Shown here: piece by piece, positions 12,289 to 25,277 of the stretch | How positions within the stretch are numbered: the first letter of the stretch is position 1 | Layout of the letters: every line of letters begins with the position of its first letter | Assembly (NCBI GenBank): GCA_964658305.1 | Contig: OZ210885.1 | Location: 17,732,001 to 17,796,000, forward strand | Length of the DNA stretch: 64,000 nt | Direction of reading: 5' to 3' | From: Leptogorgia sarmentosa | Taxonomy: Eukaryota | Made by a program: the position numbers and the translations under genes | Notes under the pieces: model-generated | The model's database searches: none | What the model was told of the DNA's origin: nothing | The model's input: the letters and a program-made list of their open reading frames with translations, nothing else

Positions 12289-12452
12289 AGGGGACGAGCG
12301 CAAACGCAGGTCCCCACTACCAGAAATTATACGCTCGAGTTACCCACATTAGGGGTAATCGCAGGAGTCAACCCAGTCGTAGTGCAATGAAAGGGCCTCA
12401 TCCTGAGAGGACCTTCTAGTTGATCAGGGTGCCTCTCGCGTCAGGTAAGTAT
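12289..12452 (-). ncRNA. U1: U1 spliceosomal snRNA, full length (about 164 nt)
   Basis: Reverse complement begins ATACTTACCTG and contains the SL1 GATCA..GAAGG loop, SL2 ATTGCAC loop, SL3, Sm site AATTTCTGG and the terminal GGGGAC..GTCCCC hairpin. Confidence 0.95.
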
Positions 12453-12475
12453 GACTTCATGGCGCATACGATTAC

Positions 12476-12510
12476 CTTTTATACGCTGCAACCGCGAGGA
12501 ATGCTTGTGG
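12476..12510 (-). promoter_or_regulatory. Candidate U1 promoter: PSE-like CCACAAGCATTCCTCGC plus TATAAAAG at -31..-24
   Basis: A similar motif (CCACCTTGCTTTTCTCGC, 11364-11381, followed by TTAAAAG) lies upstream of the U2 fragment. Confidence 0.45.
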
Positions 12511-12799
12511 AACGAATGCATGGGGATGAATTTGCCTGTGGATGGATGGATGGATCGATCTCTCGGACTGCGCCGTGTTTGCATGTTCCGACAATTATTT
12601 ACAACTGGTTTCCACGAAGGGCATATACACACAAAGAGCTAAAGGTTAATCATATAAAGAACAAAATATGTAAGAATCCCACCCTAAAATTTTAACATCT
12701 TCCTCCAAAAACAAGTACCCACCCACCGACATGCAAAACTAACCCCCCTCCCGCCCACAATCTATATTGTCCTCCCATCATTTGGTCCTGGCGAAATTA

Positions 12800-15610
12800 G
12801 CTTATTATCTACTTAAATGCAATTTCGCCATTGTTTTAAATGACATAATTGACTCAGCCGCCTTGACATCTTGCGGGAGACTATTCCATAGAATTGCTCC
12901 ACTGTATCCAAATGTTTTCTTTAGGAATTCCATTTTCGGTTTTTTTAACGAGAGATCAGTTTCACTATTGCATAAATCATAAATATTCTGCGATGCATTT
13001 CTTTCCAAGACTTTATACATCAATACTAGCTAGTTTTGTTCTCGTCTCCTAGCCAGGGTTTCCCAGCCCAATTTGTTTAGGACTTTAGACGATCTTACAT
13101 CGTAGTCAGCTCCGGTAATCACCCTTGCTGCTTGATTTTGAAATTTTTGCAATTTGTCTTGAAGTCCCAAGCCACAGTTATCCCACAGGGGAGAACAGTA
13201 ATCAAAATGAGGCTGAATTAATGCTTTGTAGACATCATGTAAGGTTTTGTGTGGAACACATGGTTTTATTCTTTTAATTGCTCCTATTCCAGCGCTCATC
13301 TTATGGCATACAGAATCAATATGTTTCTCCCAACTTAATTTTTCATCTAGATTTACACCTAGACATTGAAATGTATTGGTTTGTGGGACTGGGATTTTGT
13401 TAATCTCTACGGGTCTACTTCCTATTTTATTATTTAGATTATGCGTAGATCCAATAAACATGACTTTAGTTTTTCCTATGATATTTTAGTTTGTTCTTAG
13501 CAAGCCATTCATGGATACTGGAAAGGTCCATATTCAAATTATCAATCAATGTATCGTAATCATGCAAAGAGGAAGATATCTGAGTGTTGTCGGCATAAAG
13601 ACATGGGGTTGTCCTTTCTAAAATGTCAGGCATATCATTAATATATAGCAAAAACAATAGGGGACCAAGTATGGATCCTTGCGGGATTCCGCATATTATT
13701 GCTCCTGCAGAAGAAGTTTGATCGTTAACAGAACACACTTGCTTTCTATTCCTTATGTATGATTGGAACCATTTTAATTCAATGTCGTGAATTCCAAACT
13801 GGGTTTTAAGGTTCTCCAATAATATCTAGTGATTCACCAAGTCAAATGCTTTACATATATCAAGAAAAACAACTCCATTTATTTTGCCTCCATTGATCAC
13901 ACATTTGTATAAGAGCACCTAAGGTTCCATGTTTTGGTCTAAACCCAGATTGAAATTTAGACAGAAGCTCGTGTTTATTCAAAAAGCTATATACTTTCAT
14001 GTATCACTTGATCATTTAAAGCATCAGTGCTTTGACATGCTGATTCAGCGGCCATCTTCATTCCAATATTTATAAAATATTCATTTAATGTTTCAGTAAT
14101 AGATTTATCATCAGAAATATCATCATTTGCCTGGATTTTATCACAAAAGGACTTAGATTTTGCTTTCCGCAAGTTTATATTTACTTCATTACGTAGTGTT
14201 TTATACAATTCCCACTGTGACTCCGAATCATATTTTATGGCCTTTTTTTTGTGATAGTCTCTTTCTCTCATAAGTTCTTTAATTTGAGTATTAATCCATG
14301 GGACAGGGTTATTCCTTATTCGCTTGTGGCGCAGGTGGGCATGTCTATTAAGTGCATCTAATAATAGTGATTTCCAGACTTGCCAACATAAATTGGGATC
14401 TCCAAACTGATAGACCATCTCCATAAGGCAATTGGAGACACATCCCGAATGAAATCATTTTCGACAAAGTTTTTAAAGTTACGAACCTGACGAATTTTTT
14501 GCCTTCCTTTCGGTAGTGTATATTTTCTCACAGCGTAGACAAGGCTGTGATCTGAAATTCCCAGGTGAATAACACCTGACCTGGAAATATTTTCTGGTCT
14601 ATTTGTTAATATTAAATCAATTAGTGTAGCTGATTTAGGAGTTGGCCTTGTTGATTCTTTAATAAGTTGGTCTATCTGATAACATAAAAATTGCAACTTA
14701 CATGTGTGAGGGTCAGATATAGTTTTACTGACATCACAATTTAGATCTCCTATGAGGATTAGCTCCTTATCTTCATTATCACATTTTGCTAAAAAGCTTG
14801 CCCAGTAATCAAATAGATTCATATGGGAATTTGCTGGCTATACCATGTGCTTGTTAGCAGTGATTTATTATAGGGTAAACTTTATGATTCTCGCTTCTTG
14901 TATTCTTCAATTCTCGTTTTCTTTCCCCTACATCACGTACTTGCACATGAACTTCGTTTCCTTTGGAGCTGGATGTTGCTGCTCGTTCTTCATTTAACAG
15001 CCTAATTACCGTTAAAAGACTTGCTATTTCGCTTTTGGTGGTTTGGCAGCTTTGCGTTCATCTTAGTTATCGTCTGCTTGCATTCCAGAAGTTCTGATTT
15101 AAGCCCTTCATTTGATTCTTTTAGTGAGATGTTTTCTTGAGGGTTATTTGGTGCAGGTATAGTTCGAATTTCCCACATGCTTAGCAGTTCATTTATAACA
15201 ATGGATGACTCGGTTCGGTGCTTGTTAAATTGCTCTGTCAATAGGTCTAATCGTTTTACAACATCTTGAAGCAAACTTCGATCTGTTTGGAGCTGAGATT
15301 CGTCACTTCTTTGTAATGATTCATGTATTCCTTCATTAGTAGATAGATTGCCACTCACATCGCAATTAGTTTCTTCAAGTTCCAAAAGACCAATGCTGGT
15401 TAAATCTGCGTCAACCATATACTTGTCAATATTCTCCAGCGAAGGCTTTTGCATGGGTGTAAAATCATCATGTTCATCGTAACTTAGAATAGATTTGCTG
15501 TTATAAGCCGCTATTTTCTGCAGTAAACTCGGATACTGTTCGATCATAAGGCCTTCTAGTACCACACTTTGACTCTCATACCAACGTATCGTTATGTTGT
15601 CGACCATATT
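12800..15610 (-). mobile_element. L2/CR1-group LINE (ORF1 part, EN, RT), degraded by frameshifts
   Basis: GDLNCD, ISDHSLVY, PWIN, GIPQGSILGPLLFLLYIND, LYADN and FDYCSPLWD; coiled-coil ORF1 at 15002-15610. Confidence 0.9.
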
Positions 15611-15615
15611 CAATA

Positions 15616-15680
15616 TACAGGGTGTCTCATAAAAAAGGTAATCGAACTTTGACATGCCATTGTGCGTTAATTACTGGGTG
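15616..15680 (+). mobile_element. Tc1/mariner-type terminal remnant
   Basis: TA followed by CAGGGTGTCTCA, a typical mariner/Tc1 end; no partner TIR found. Confidence 0.35.
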
Positions 15681-16464
15681 TAAAGACTACAGAACGCCTT
15701 TCTTGCTTTAAAAATCTAACTTTATTTACTAAAAACCGTTTCTTATATACACACATGTAAATACCACGCTCATTAGTCACACTATACTAAACACTCGGAT
15801 AATAGACACGCCTAGAGAATCAGTCTCTTGGGGGCTATCACTGCACACCCAGAGCGGGTATACTTTATTGTCTCTACACTGGGTGTACGAACGTGATTTT
15901 TGCATGGTCATAAAGATCAAGGTCTTAGCAGTTGAATGACATATTTCTTGTACGATATGGAAGAAAACCAGGCAAATGCGAGCGTGTGAGAGGTCTCGGT
16001 GAAAAACGCATCAAGGAAAAATCAATGAATGTAAATCCCATGAACAAAGATGCTGCTTTGTTAGCGAGCGAGCCATACAAAACAATGTTTAAAGTGAAAA
16101 CATCTCTACTATCATTTGTCAAATGAAATTTAAGAGAAAAACGGTATGTCAAAATATATTGCCAATCTTTTAATCCTTTAATGATTGAACTCGTACCTAC
16201 CAATACTAAAATACTCCCGTCTCTCAATGGACCACTTGCATAATAGATTTCGGGCCGCTAAGCATGACGGTAGGAGGCTGTAGGTTGCTTTAGAACGAAA
16301 TGGCCGGCGTTTGAGCGGGAAGAACTCGTCCAAGAAGAAGTTTATGATTCCATCCCATGTTTTGCTAAAGTCATCAAAAAAAGTGAAATGGAGATTGAAT
16401 ATAATGGAAGAGAAAAGCTATTTAGGCAGCTTGTTAGAGTCAAACGATTGCACACCATACCCAT

Positions 16465-17230
16465 TTGAGGCTATCCATCAGGAATTACCATAAAAAAAGA
16501 TACACCAAAGCCCTTAACTCTAATAGCTACAGTGAGACAGTTAAGAATCTAAAAAATTCGGCAAGTATAACACATTCCAAAATACTCCAGATTGAAAAAA
16601 ATACCAGAGATCAATCTTCAAGTGACATGTGGTTTGAGGAGCGACAAAAGAGGCTCACCTCATCAAATTTTGGTGCCGTAGTTAAGAGAAGAAAAACAAT
16701 TTTCCCAACATCGTTAATAAACAAAATCAAAAACCAATCTAAGCAAGCCAAGTGTCCAGAACTGTGCCAATGGGGAAAAGATAAAGAAGGGAAGGCAATA
16801 ATTGCATATTGCAACTTTAAAGGAGATGGCATTAATGTATGCTCAAAATGTGGTTTTGTCGTCAACACTGAATTTCCTTGGTTAGGAGCAAGTCCCGATT
16901 TCCTAGTTTTTGACCACACAGAAAAGGAACCCTTTGGTATTGGCAAAGTTAAATGCCCTTTCTCCAAAAAGGATATTTGTATAGAGGAAGCATGCAAAGA
17001 CAAAAACGTTTTCTTGAGTATAGCTAATGGCAAAATTAATTTAAAAAAGACCCACAGTTATCTACTACGATGATCTCCAAGGATGCATGGCTACATTTAA
17101 TGTAGGCTGGTGACTTTGTTGTTTCTACAAATGTTGATCTATTTGTTGAAAGAATCTATTTTGACAATTACTTCTGGCAGAAGGTTGTGCCAGAGCTGAG
17201 CAGTTTTTATTCTGAATATTTGTTAGATTG
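16465..17230 (+). pseudogene. YqaJ/lambda-exonuclease-family ORF of an ISL2EU-type transposon
   Basis: TRDQSSSDMWFEERQKRLTSSNFG, WG..E, CGFVV..PWLGASPD and G.VKCP; frameshifted tail. Confidence 0.85.
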
Positions 17231-17609
17231 TAATTAATAATTATTTATACTGCAAATTTGATAAAATAATGTATTAAACATTCTTATTATATGGCTTTTC
17301 AAAACTCTCTATTCTGATTGGTTGACAAGCGGTCCGTAAAAACCCATATCCGGACCATGGTCCATATTTTCCGTATCTGGACCGGTGTCCCGGATGTCGT
17401 TTATCTTACGGGAAGTTTCGCTTCACAAATAGAACAGATTTTTGCTTTTTAATTTTCCAATTTAAGATACAAATTTCAAACAACCAAATTAGTCAAATTG
17501 TTTTAGATTGAGCATGTATGTCTACCGTATACTGTTACCCAGTGAAACTGGTGATAGCCAATTTAATTTGCGCGAAAAGCATATGCTCAAATAATCAATT
17601 CGGCCTTCA

Positions 17610-17881
17610 ACTTCACTAGTTCTACTTGCATATAAACTGGAAACAAAACTTGGATATCCATTGGGTGAAATTCCAATCAAACCGTTGGCAGTGTTATGAT
17701 TCCTATAACTTGAAAATGTGATTGACTGACTTCTACATGATGATGGCATTTCAATGAAAAACTCTGTACAATCAATAATAACTCTGGTCTTAGGATAGAC
17801 TTGCTTGAAACAGGTTGACATGTTATCTTGAATAAACATAGCACAATTGCAGGTCGCACAGGTTAATTGCAGGTCACCCAT
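17610..17881 (-). pseudogene. DDE_Tnp_4-type (ISL2EU) transposase fragment, convergent with YqaJ
   Basis: RVIIDCTEFFIEMPS..QSITFSSYRNHNT..LIGISPNG..FVSSLY. Confidence 0.85.
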
Positions 17882-18855
17882 AGCTACACATGTGCCCTGG
17901 CCCTCCGCTCAACTTAACTTTGCTAACTAAGATGGCTGGTGTTCAGTATGTGGAAGCAGTGGAATTTCGAAGTAAGTAAAAGTTTTAAAAGATTTGACTC
18001 AATGAAGTATCAAAATAAGCGCAAAACACTATTTAATGAATAAAGTATTAGCAATTTGATATGCAGTGTGTTTATAAAGTATTATATACCTTTTTGATTC
18101 AGAATGTATGCAAAATTGCAAATGTACATGTGTTGTTGTTGGTGTGAATTATTCATGATTTCGTTACAATTACCACTTACCAGCATGATAGTTTGATAGT
18201 GGTTGTAACTTATAATTTATATAAACCTAAAGGTGTCATTGTGTTGTTCTTCATTCACTAATAATTTGTATAAATTGACCGGTTGCTTATTTATTTATTT
18301 AACTTTGCCAAGTACCATGCAGCATTTGACAGTTTGAATTATGTGTACCATAGCATACAATATGTGTTCTATTGGCAGGGTGCACGCAACAGTTTTCACC
18401 AATTACACTGCGGCCCCATGAACTATAATACTACATATACAAACAACACAAATGTAATAACATCTTACACATGCTTACTTGCATACAATCTGAGTAACAA
18501 GCTATTACAGTAAATACAGGATTTTATTCATTGTCACTGTCAGTATTAATTAAGCAAAGTATAGAAATTTCGCTTAAGTAGAAATTAACAGTTTGCTCAA
18601 AAAATTTTACCAGCACATTTCACTCACAAATGACTGCAATACTGAACTACTATTACTCTGGATAAATTTTGTGGATTGCCATGATGCCTGCATGAGACTC
18701 ACCGGCACTTAATTTTCACACTTAATTTATTGCCTATTAAAATGTTAGCATAATAATATATATACTAGTGGTGAAATCAGAAAATCTGTAAAAGTAAATT
18801 ATGTATAATCAATGTATGAATATAATTAAATATTATAATTTAATATTAAGAATAT

Positions 18856-19290
18856 TTGCACACTATCGCCACCGCCTTCAAAGAAGGAACCCTTGATCAG
18901 TATATTGTGAACTACTCTGTTGATTTGACAAACCTGGTTAAGCCATCGAAAAATGCAGGGAAAAAGCCAAGTCAAACGGTCCGAAAACGAAAGCGGCAGC
19001 AACAACAACGCGACGTATCTGGATACCATGAGCGCATTCAAACAAGCACACTAACGTTTCCAGAAAATAAAAAGTGGACTGTAACATTTGTTAAATCCAC
19101 GAAAATGAGAAAATGCTACGGATGTGGAGGGACTGTGCGTTATTCAGTTGATGTAGAACCACCTTCTCCTTTCAACATTGTATTAAAAAGGAAAGAGTTT
19201 CGGGTGTATAACCAGGCGAGTACTCACGTCTTAAAGATTGCACCAACCGAAGAAAATGTCTATTATCATGGTTAAACGAGGCATGTTTAC
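18856..19290 (+). pseudogene. Fragment of an uncharacterised transposon-associated Cys/His protein
   Basis: Basic patch RKRKR, KCYGCGG, IVLKRKEFRVY and NVYYH; family not securely identified. Confidence 0.35.
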
Positions 19291-19704
19291 AAGCAGAAAG
19301 CTTAAATTCGTTCGGAATTCTTCATCGCAAGCGCGAGTTAAATTCAATTTCCCAAGGACAATTTCCCAAGGGACAAAATTTTGTTGCTTTTTCAATAATA
19401 ATAAAACAAATAAATATTTAGAGAAAGCTTCGTAACAACGTTTTTAATCAAACTGAATTCATACAAACGACTATGTAATTGAAAAAATTCTAAAATTTAT
19501 GAAAACAGTTTAATATCCTGTCAATAGACCATTTTTAGCACTATTTTTACATTCACCAAAACTCGTTCTAAATTTGATTTCGTTTGAGTCATTTTTGTAC
19601 GTAAATAAACATGTTGTAGCTCAAAATTTAAGTTAGGCCTTTATGAATACACTAGATAATTTATTTGAACGATGTAGCGCTTATGCTTTCTTCACTTTAC
19701 TAAA

Positions 19705-20760
19705 TCAAATGCATAAACTTTTTTGTGCACCACCTGGTATATATAGTCTTTTTAATTCAACACTATTATTTTGAGAGATAGCAGATAAATATTTCACAGA
19801 ATATGGCTTCATCTTTTCATTTGACAACCAATTCTTTAAATGGCTATTATGGCACGCCACAAGATTTGTTATTTGGAAAAAATTTCCATCAGCATCATCA
19901 TTAGTGCCTCTGAATGCCAGTTGTTGTCTTCCTAATGTTTTCGCAATGTCCAATAATATCTTTATTATCTCCTGGTTTCGTTGGTTGTTTTCTTCCTATT
20001 GAATTTTGCACGCGCTCAATTGCTTATTGAGCATAACATCGACATTCTTCATGCTGTGTGCAAATTGGGCAAGATCGCTTAATGCAGCTTTATGCGCTTG
20101 GCTTGAGAAGTGCTGTGCTAATTTCGCTTTCTTTTCCTTGCCGACGCTTTTCATTTTGTCCCATCCTTTTACGCCTTTAACCCAAGCATCAGAAGATCTC
20201 TCTCTACCAACTCCAGTTGGAAATAGACAGCAAACAGAACACGAGGCTGTGTGTTCTTTCACGCTATACTCTAGATGTGGATATTCCTTATACCACCCGC
20301 TTGAAAATCTACACTGTTTTTTTGTTGAGATGTCTTGGCTTTCTGGATATCGCTTCGGCTGGTATGGGCCATTCTCCATGATCTTTTGTTTCTGTTGGTT
20401 GCTGAGTGTCCGAGGGCGATCAGCAGGATCTTGAAGAGAGGTAAAATCAGCGTCAACTTGTGCCATGCCAATTTCTAGGTTACTTTCATGAAGCGTAGCT
20501 GCACAGTTTTTCTCCATATTTGTTGAATGTTCTCTTACTTTTGAAATTGCCTCAAGTACATCCGTCAAAAGTTCTTCAGGATATATTTCCTTGGATGATA
20601 AAGCTTTTGTTATAATACTATCGCACTGGTGAGAGTAATCTACTAATCGCTTGATTTCTGCTACATGGACTATCCAAGGAATCTCTGGATCATCTGCGAC
20701 TTGTGTGTCAGAATCATTGTGTGCTCCACCATAATTCGTGTTACTTGTTTCACTGTCAGT
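19705..20760 (-). pseudogene. hAT (Tip100/ZMYM1-like) transposase N-terminal fragment
   Basis: TTF-type zinc finger RFSSGWYKEYPHLEYS..CSVCCLF..HFSSQAH and DUF4371-like LGRQQLAFRG..GNF..KYLS. Confidence 0.85.
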
Positions 20761-22171
20761 GTCAATCTGTTGTCAGTAGAAGATAAATGTAGTGTATAAG
20801 GCGGCAATGAGGATTAATTAAAAGAGTGAGCTATACATATAGCATGTAAGATTGTAAGGTTGGACATAACTTGGAATTATACCAGATATTTTCCGTCCTT
20901 TTTTATGCGGTAAAGTTTTAAAAGTATTGAAGACAACAGTTGAAAATGTTCCATGAAACTAGAACTCCATGTAAGTGTAACATCTATTACAAGTAGAATT
21001 ACAATCACCTCTTCTTCCTCTGAAATTGACAAAACCGTCGATACTGCCTGTGCCTGGTTCACATCGTCATAAGACACCGCTGTATTATACTCATCACCTC
21101 TTTCGTCATTATACTGTATATGTTATGAACTGCCGTTTCATCATCATGATGATCAAATTCAAGGACTGATTCTCCAGCATCAATACTTCATCTTCATCAA
21201 CATGTTCAATTGAACGGAAGTTTACAAATTTACATTTAGTATAAGCGGAAGTGATGTCAACGTGGCGTGACATGGAGAAAAGTGTATATTTCAGGACAGA
21301 GAGAAACAAAGAAAAGCGTGTAAAATTTTAATTTGGAGTTTAAATGAAAAATTAGAGAGAAAACCAAAGAGTGAGAACGTTGATTTAGGTGTACCACACA
21401 AGTTCGGTACACAATTTGAACTTCCTGTGTATATAAATGATGATATTCAAATATATAATGACAAAATTTAGTATTGTTCTTATAAATTCGGGAGAAAATT
21501 TCCTAATTCTTGTTTAAACTTTATTTACCTCTTGAAATACATCCTCCTGGTGTTCTAAAACTGTATCATTGATTGACTTCAGACCGACTTCGGGACTGGC
21601 GATTAGTGTTGTCGGTAAATGTAGCTACTGGAACTGGAAGTAACTCTTTCTAAAATTAACAACACAGGTTGTAATCTAACGATGGCATCAAATTCAATCG
21701 GTCACAAGATTTTAAAATTTAAGGTAGTTCCCGTTAAAACCAACACCCGTTGAACAAAGACCTGAACAGGTAGTACCCGATATTTCTCAATTGAGAACAT
21801 GGGTAATGCCCACGCTAGACTATCATCTAAGTAGCCTGGCCTGGCTAAATGCATATGATTATAGAACCAGCCAATCGCGTACACCGTATCCATGTCCTAT
21901 GTAAATTTACTATGCGTTCAAAGCAATTTGTTATCAGTTTTATTCAAAGCAATTTTTTATTTAGTAAACCAATTGAAAGCGGCATTACCTTGCCATATAT
22001 ATTGTTGCAAAATTGAAGCGTTGTTTGAGCCAGTTCAACCACAACTTTTGAGGTGCCGAGACCCTTGTATTTGTTTGAGTTATGCTTCTCAAAATGATCG
22101 CTGTTCATTTCTTTCCCACATTTATTGCATTTGACTTTACATCTATACTGCCTTTTCCGTTGAGTTTTTTG

Positions 22172-22282
22172 TGACTACATGACTGATGTGAATTTTCGCC
22201 ACTCATCACAATACTGCAAAGTTTCAAAGAAACTTTGCAGTATTGTGATGAGTGGCGAAAATTCACATCAGTCATGTAGTCA
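22172..22282. repeat. Perfect 54-bp inverted repeat with a 3-nt loop
   Basis: 22172-22225 is the exact reverse complement of 22229-22282; the loop is AAA. Confidence 0.95.
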
Positions 22283-23342
22283 TTCAGTCATTCATAGTGT
22301 AAACTCCGGGGGGAGCGTCCCAACTTCTCCTGACATGCGAAACTCGGTATTTGACTGATATCCTTGAAATGTTTGAACAAAAATGATTCGATTGCAGTTA
22401 TATATCGTTGCTCATCATTATTTGCAGTTGTTCGCATTGATATCAAAGTTTGTTAGATGTGAAATGTGATCAAAGAAGCGCAGAAATACAGTACACAATG
22501 GCGGACGCCCCTCCGGAATTTCAGTTTTTGCAAAAATTGCAACTCAGCACATGTCTGGGGAATGAAATTACACAATATGGCGGACGCTAAGAGTGGGACC
22601 GTGAATCAGTAATTCAGTATGATGATAATATAATGTAGCCAACATGTTTGAATATGTTGATAAAGCAGTTAAAATGTTCTTTATATATCAGCAATGAATC
22701 CAGAGATTTGAATTTATCATTACTAGTAGAAAACTTGTATTTGTCATGGACAATTTAAAATATAGCTACTCAGTACGTACTGTTAAACAGCCGCCGTGCG
22801 TATTTATATTAAAAATTTAGTTGGCCGGCATTGCGGGCAAACTAAGATGTGCAACACAGCAGAGCTCGTGACATATTTTAAATTGGTTGATGATAGGCAA
22901 CATATTTGCGAGCTTTCGCATTTATAGCTTTCGTGTTTGTTTTCGCTGTCTCCGACTCGACAACACTGGTCGACGGCATCACTAAGCTTGGGCTGTTTGT
23001 TTGCCGAAAATACCGGGGATTTACAGAATTTGATACTAAATGAACTAAACCACATATAGGAATACAAAAGTAAATTTAACGTTGGCTGATACTGTGAATA
23101 AACTGGATATTTTATTACGACGCAGAAGTAGCGTGCCACATTGTGATTTAACTCATTTAAGATCATTTGTTCAAATTTTTGAAAAAGGTCAGAGGTCAGA
23201 GATTTATCTGATTTGCTTTTAACACGCGCGCTGCTGCGATTGCCAGTTGCTTCCTGACAATAAAATAGTGATTATTTTCTCGTATCACGTTAACAATGTT
23301 TCATTAGTTTTCTTTTAAAAAATATGATTTTAATGCCTTCTA

Positions 23343-23464
23343 AGGCCTAGGTCAAACGTCGAACTTTTCGTGTGCCGAACCTAATGTTAATGAGCCAAGT
23401 ACTTTGTTTGAGCTCATTTGCATTAGGTTCGGCGCATGAAAAGTTTGACGTTTGACCTAGGCCT
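23343..23464. mobile_element. Short palindromic MITE, TA-flanked
   Basis: AGGCCTAGGTCAAACGTCGAACTTTTC..GAAAAGTTTGACGTTTGACCTAGGCCT with an inner CCGAACCTAATG/CATTAGGTTCGG pair. Confidence 0.85.
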
Positions 23465-24014
23465 TAGAAACTTTGCACTATCCTTGGATCCCTAGTTAGC
23501 TTTTTTTGAGGAGGGTCCGGTGCAACGTCTTTGTCTTATCGAAACAAGACCGAAAAAGTCAAAATCAAATCGGGCACTTTACAAATTAAAATTTGCAAAC
23601 ATTCAACAGTGATATTATAATTGATACAAAAATTATACATTATAACATACCATCCATTTCATTTGCATATGCTGGATACACGTTAGTACGTCATGAGCTG
23701 TGAGGAGATATTTAAAACGTAACAACGCGTCACAAAAAGCACTAAACCGTGAATAAACTCTCACAATTACATATTTACACGTTTTCGATATTGAGCCTGT
23801 CAAGGTTTATATAGTACTTCATTTCTTGCTGATTAAAGTGCATGACGCTGAGAACAATGCTAAAAACAAAACTCAGTCGTCGGTCAATCTTCAAATTCTG
23901 CAATCTTCAAGGTAACCTTGCCCAACAAATAGCACATGCTTTGAACAAGTTGCCCGACAAAATTGCATTTGTAAACATTGGGGATGGTGTCACACCCCGC
24001 CCCTGGTGGAGAGG

Positions 24015-24870
24015 TTCTTATGTTTATAAAATAAGTTTGAATCGTCAGCAAAAAGATGGAAGTCCAAAATTTTCGAACATTTACAAAAATCATTAATATA
24101 TAACAGAAAAAGCAATGGACCAAGTACTGATCCTTGTGGTACACCATAAGTAAAATCTGAAGATATATTATCTATTGTCACAAAATGCTTTCGATTACGA
24201 AGATATGAAACAAACCATTCGTTAGCTATTCCTCATATTCCATATTTTTCTATTTTTTTAATAAGAATATTATGGTCAACTGTATCAAATGCCTTACTAA
24301 AATCAAGAAATATTCCACATGAATAACTCCTCTCTTCAATTGCCTGTTGAATTTTATCAATAATAGATAAAATAGCATGATTAGTCGAAAAATCAGGGCG
24401 AAAACCAAATTGCTTTTCATATAAAATATTATGTTTCTTAAGAAAATTTAGCAATCTTTTATACATAAGTTTTTCTAATATCTTATTAAACACTGATAAC
24501 AATGAAATAGGTCAATAATTATCTGGAGCACTTTGTATGCCCTTTTTGAAAACTGGAGTAATTCGAGCAATTTTTAAATTACTTGGTACTATTCCTTGAG
24601 AAAGAGGTATTAAATATTATTTCTAATGGGTTACTTATTACATACTTTAGAATCTTCAATACTCTTATTGGTATACTAGATGGCCCACAACTCTTACCAG
24701 ATTTTAGCCTTGAAATTTCATTTTCAATTTCTGTGGGTGTTACTGGATAGATATAAAATTTTCAGAATATGTTTTATCAAGATAATTGAGTGGGGAATTA
24801 TTCACATTTGGAATGGAGCTTGCTAATTTGCTGCCAATGTTGGCAAAGTAATTTGAGAAATAATTGAGTA
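24015..24870 (-). pseudogene. L2/CR1 LINE reverse transcriptase fragment
   Basis: QFGFRP, FLDFSKAFDTVDH, GVPQGSVLGPLLFLLYINDF and LFADD. Confidence 0.9.
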
Positions 24871-25151
24871 TTGTAGCACCTCTCGGAAGGTTGATTCTGA
24901 TTGGCTAAACGCCCACTTCCGTTCTATTCTATTCTAAAAACCATAACTCCGTTTTTGGAAGCATAACTTTGTTTTTGGTTTTTCGTTCCGTTGTAAAAAG
25001 CATAAAAGCATAACGTTGTTTTTGGAAAATCTCTTCTGTATCATTAATATTGCGTTTAAATGGGAAACAAAAACCTCCTTTGTTTATAGCAAATTTGGTG
25101 GGACCACAGATTTTTTTCACAGTGGTGAAACAATAACGTAACAACAGGCGA

Positions 25152-25277
25152 ACCGAGCACACCGAAGACACCGAGCACACCAAAGACACCGAGCACACCG
25201 AAGACAACGAGCACACCGAAGACACCGAAGACACCGAGCACACCGAAGACACCGAAGACACCGAGCACACCGAAGAC
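25152..25277. repeat. Minisatellite of two 9-mers (ACCGAGCAC / ACCGAAGAC)
   Basis: About 14 tandem 9-bp units visible directly. Confidence 0.95.

Noticed and set aside
12204..12695. Short ORFs overlapping the U1 region
   Set aside because: No protein motifs; they are explained by the snRNA gene and its flanks.
21560..22135. Possible host gene exons (also 48850-49290)
   Set aside because: No recognisable domain or consistent exon chain.
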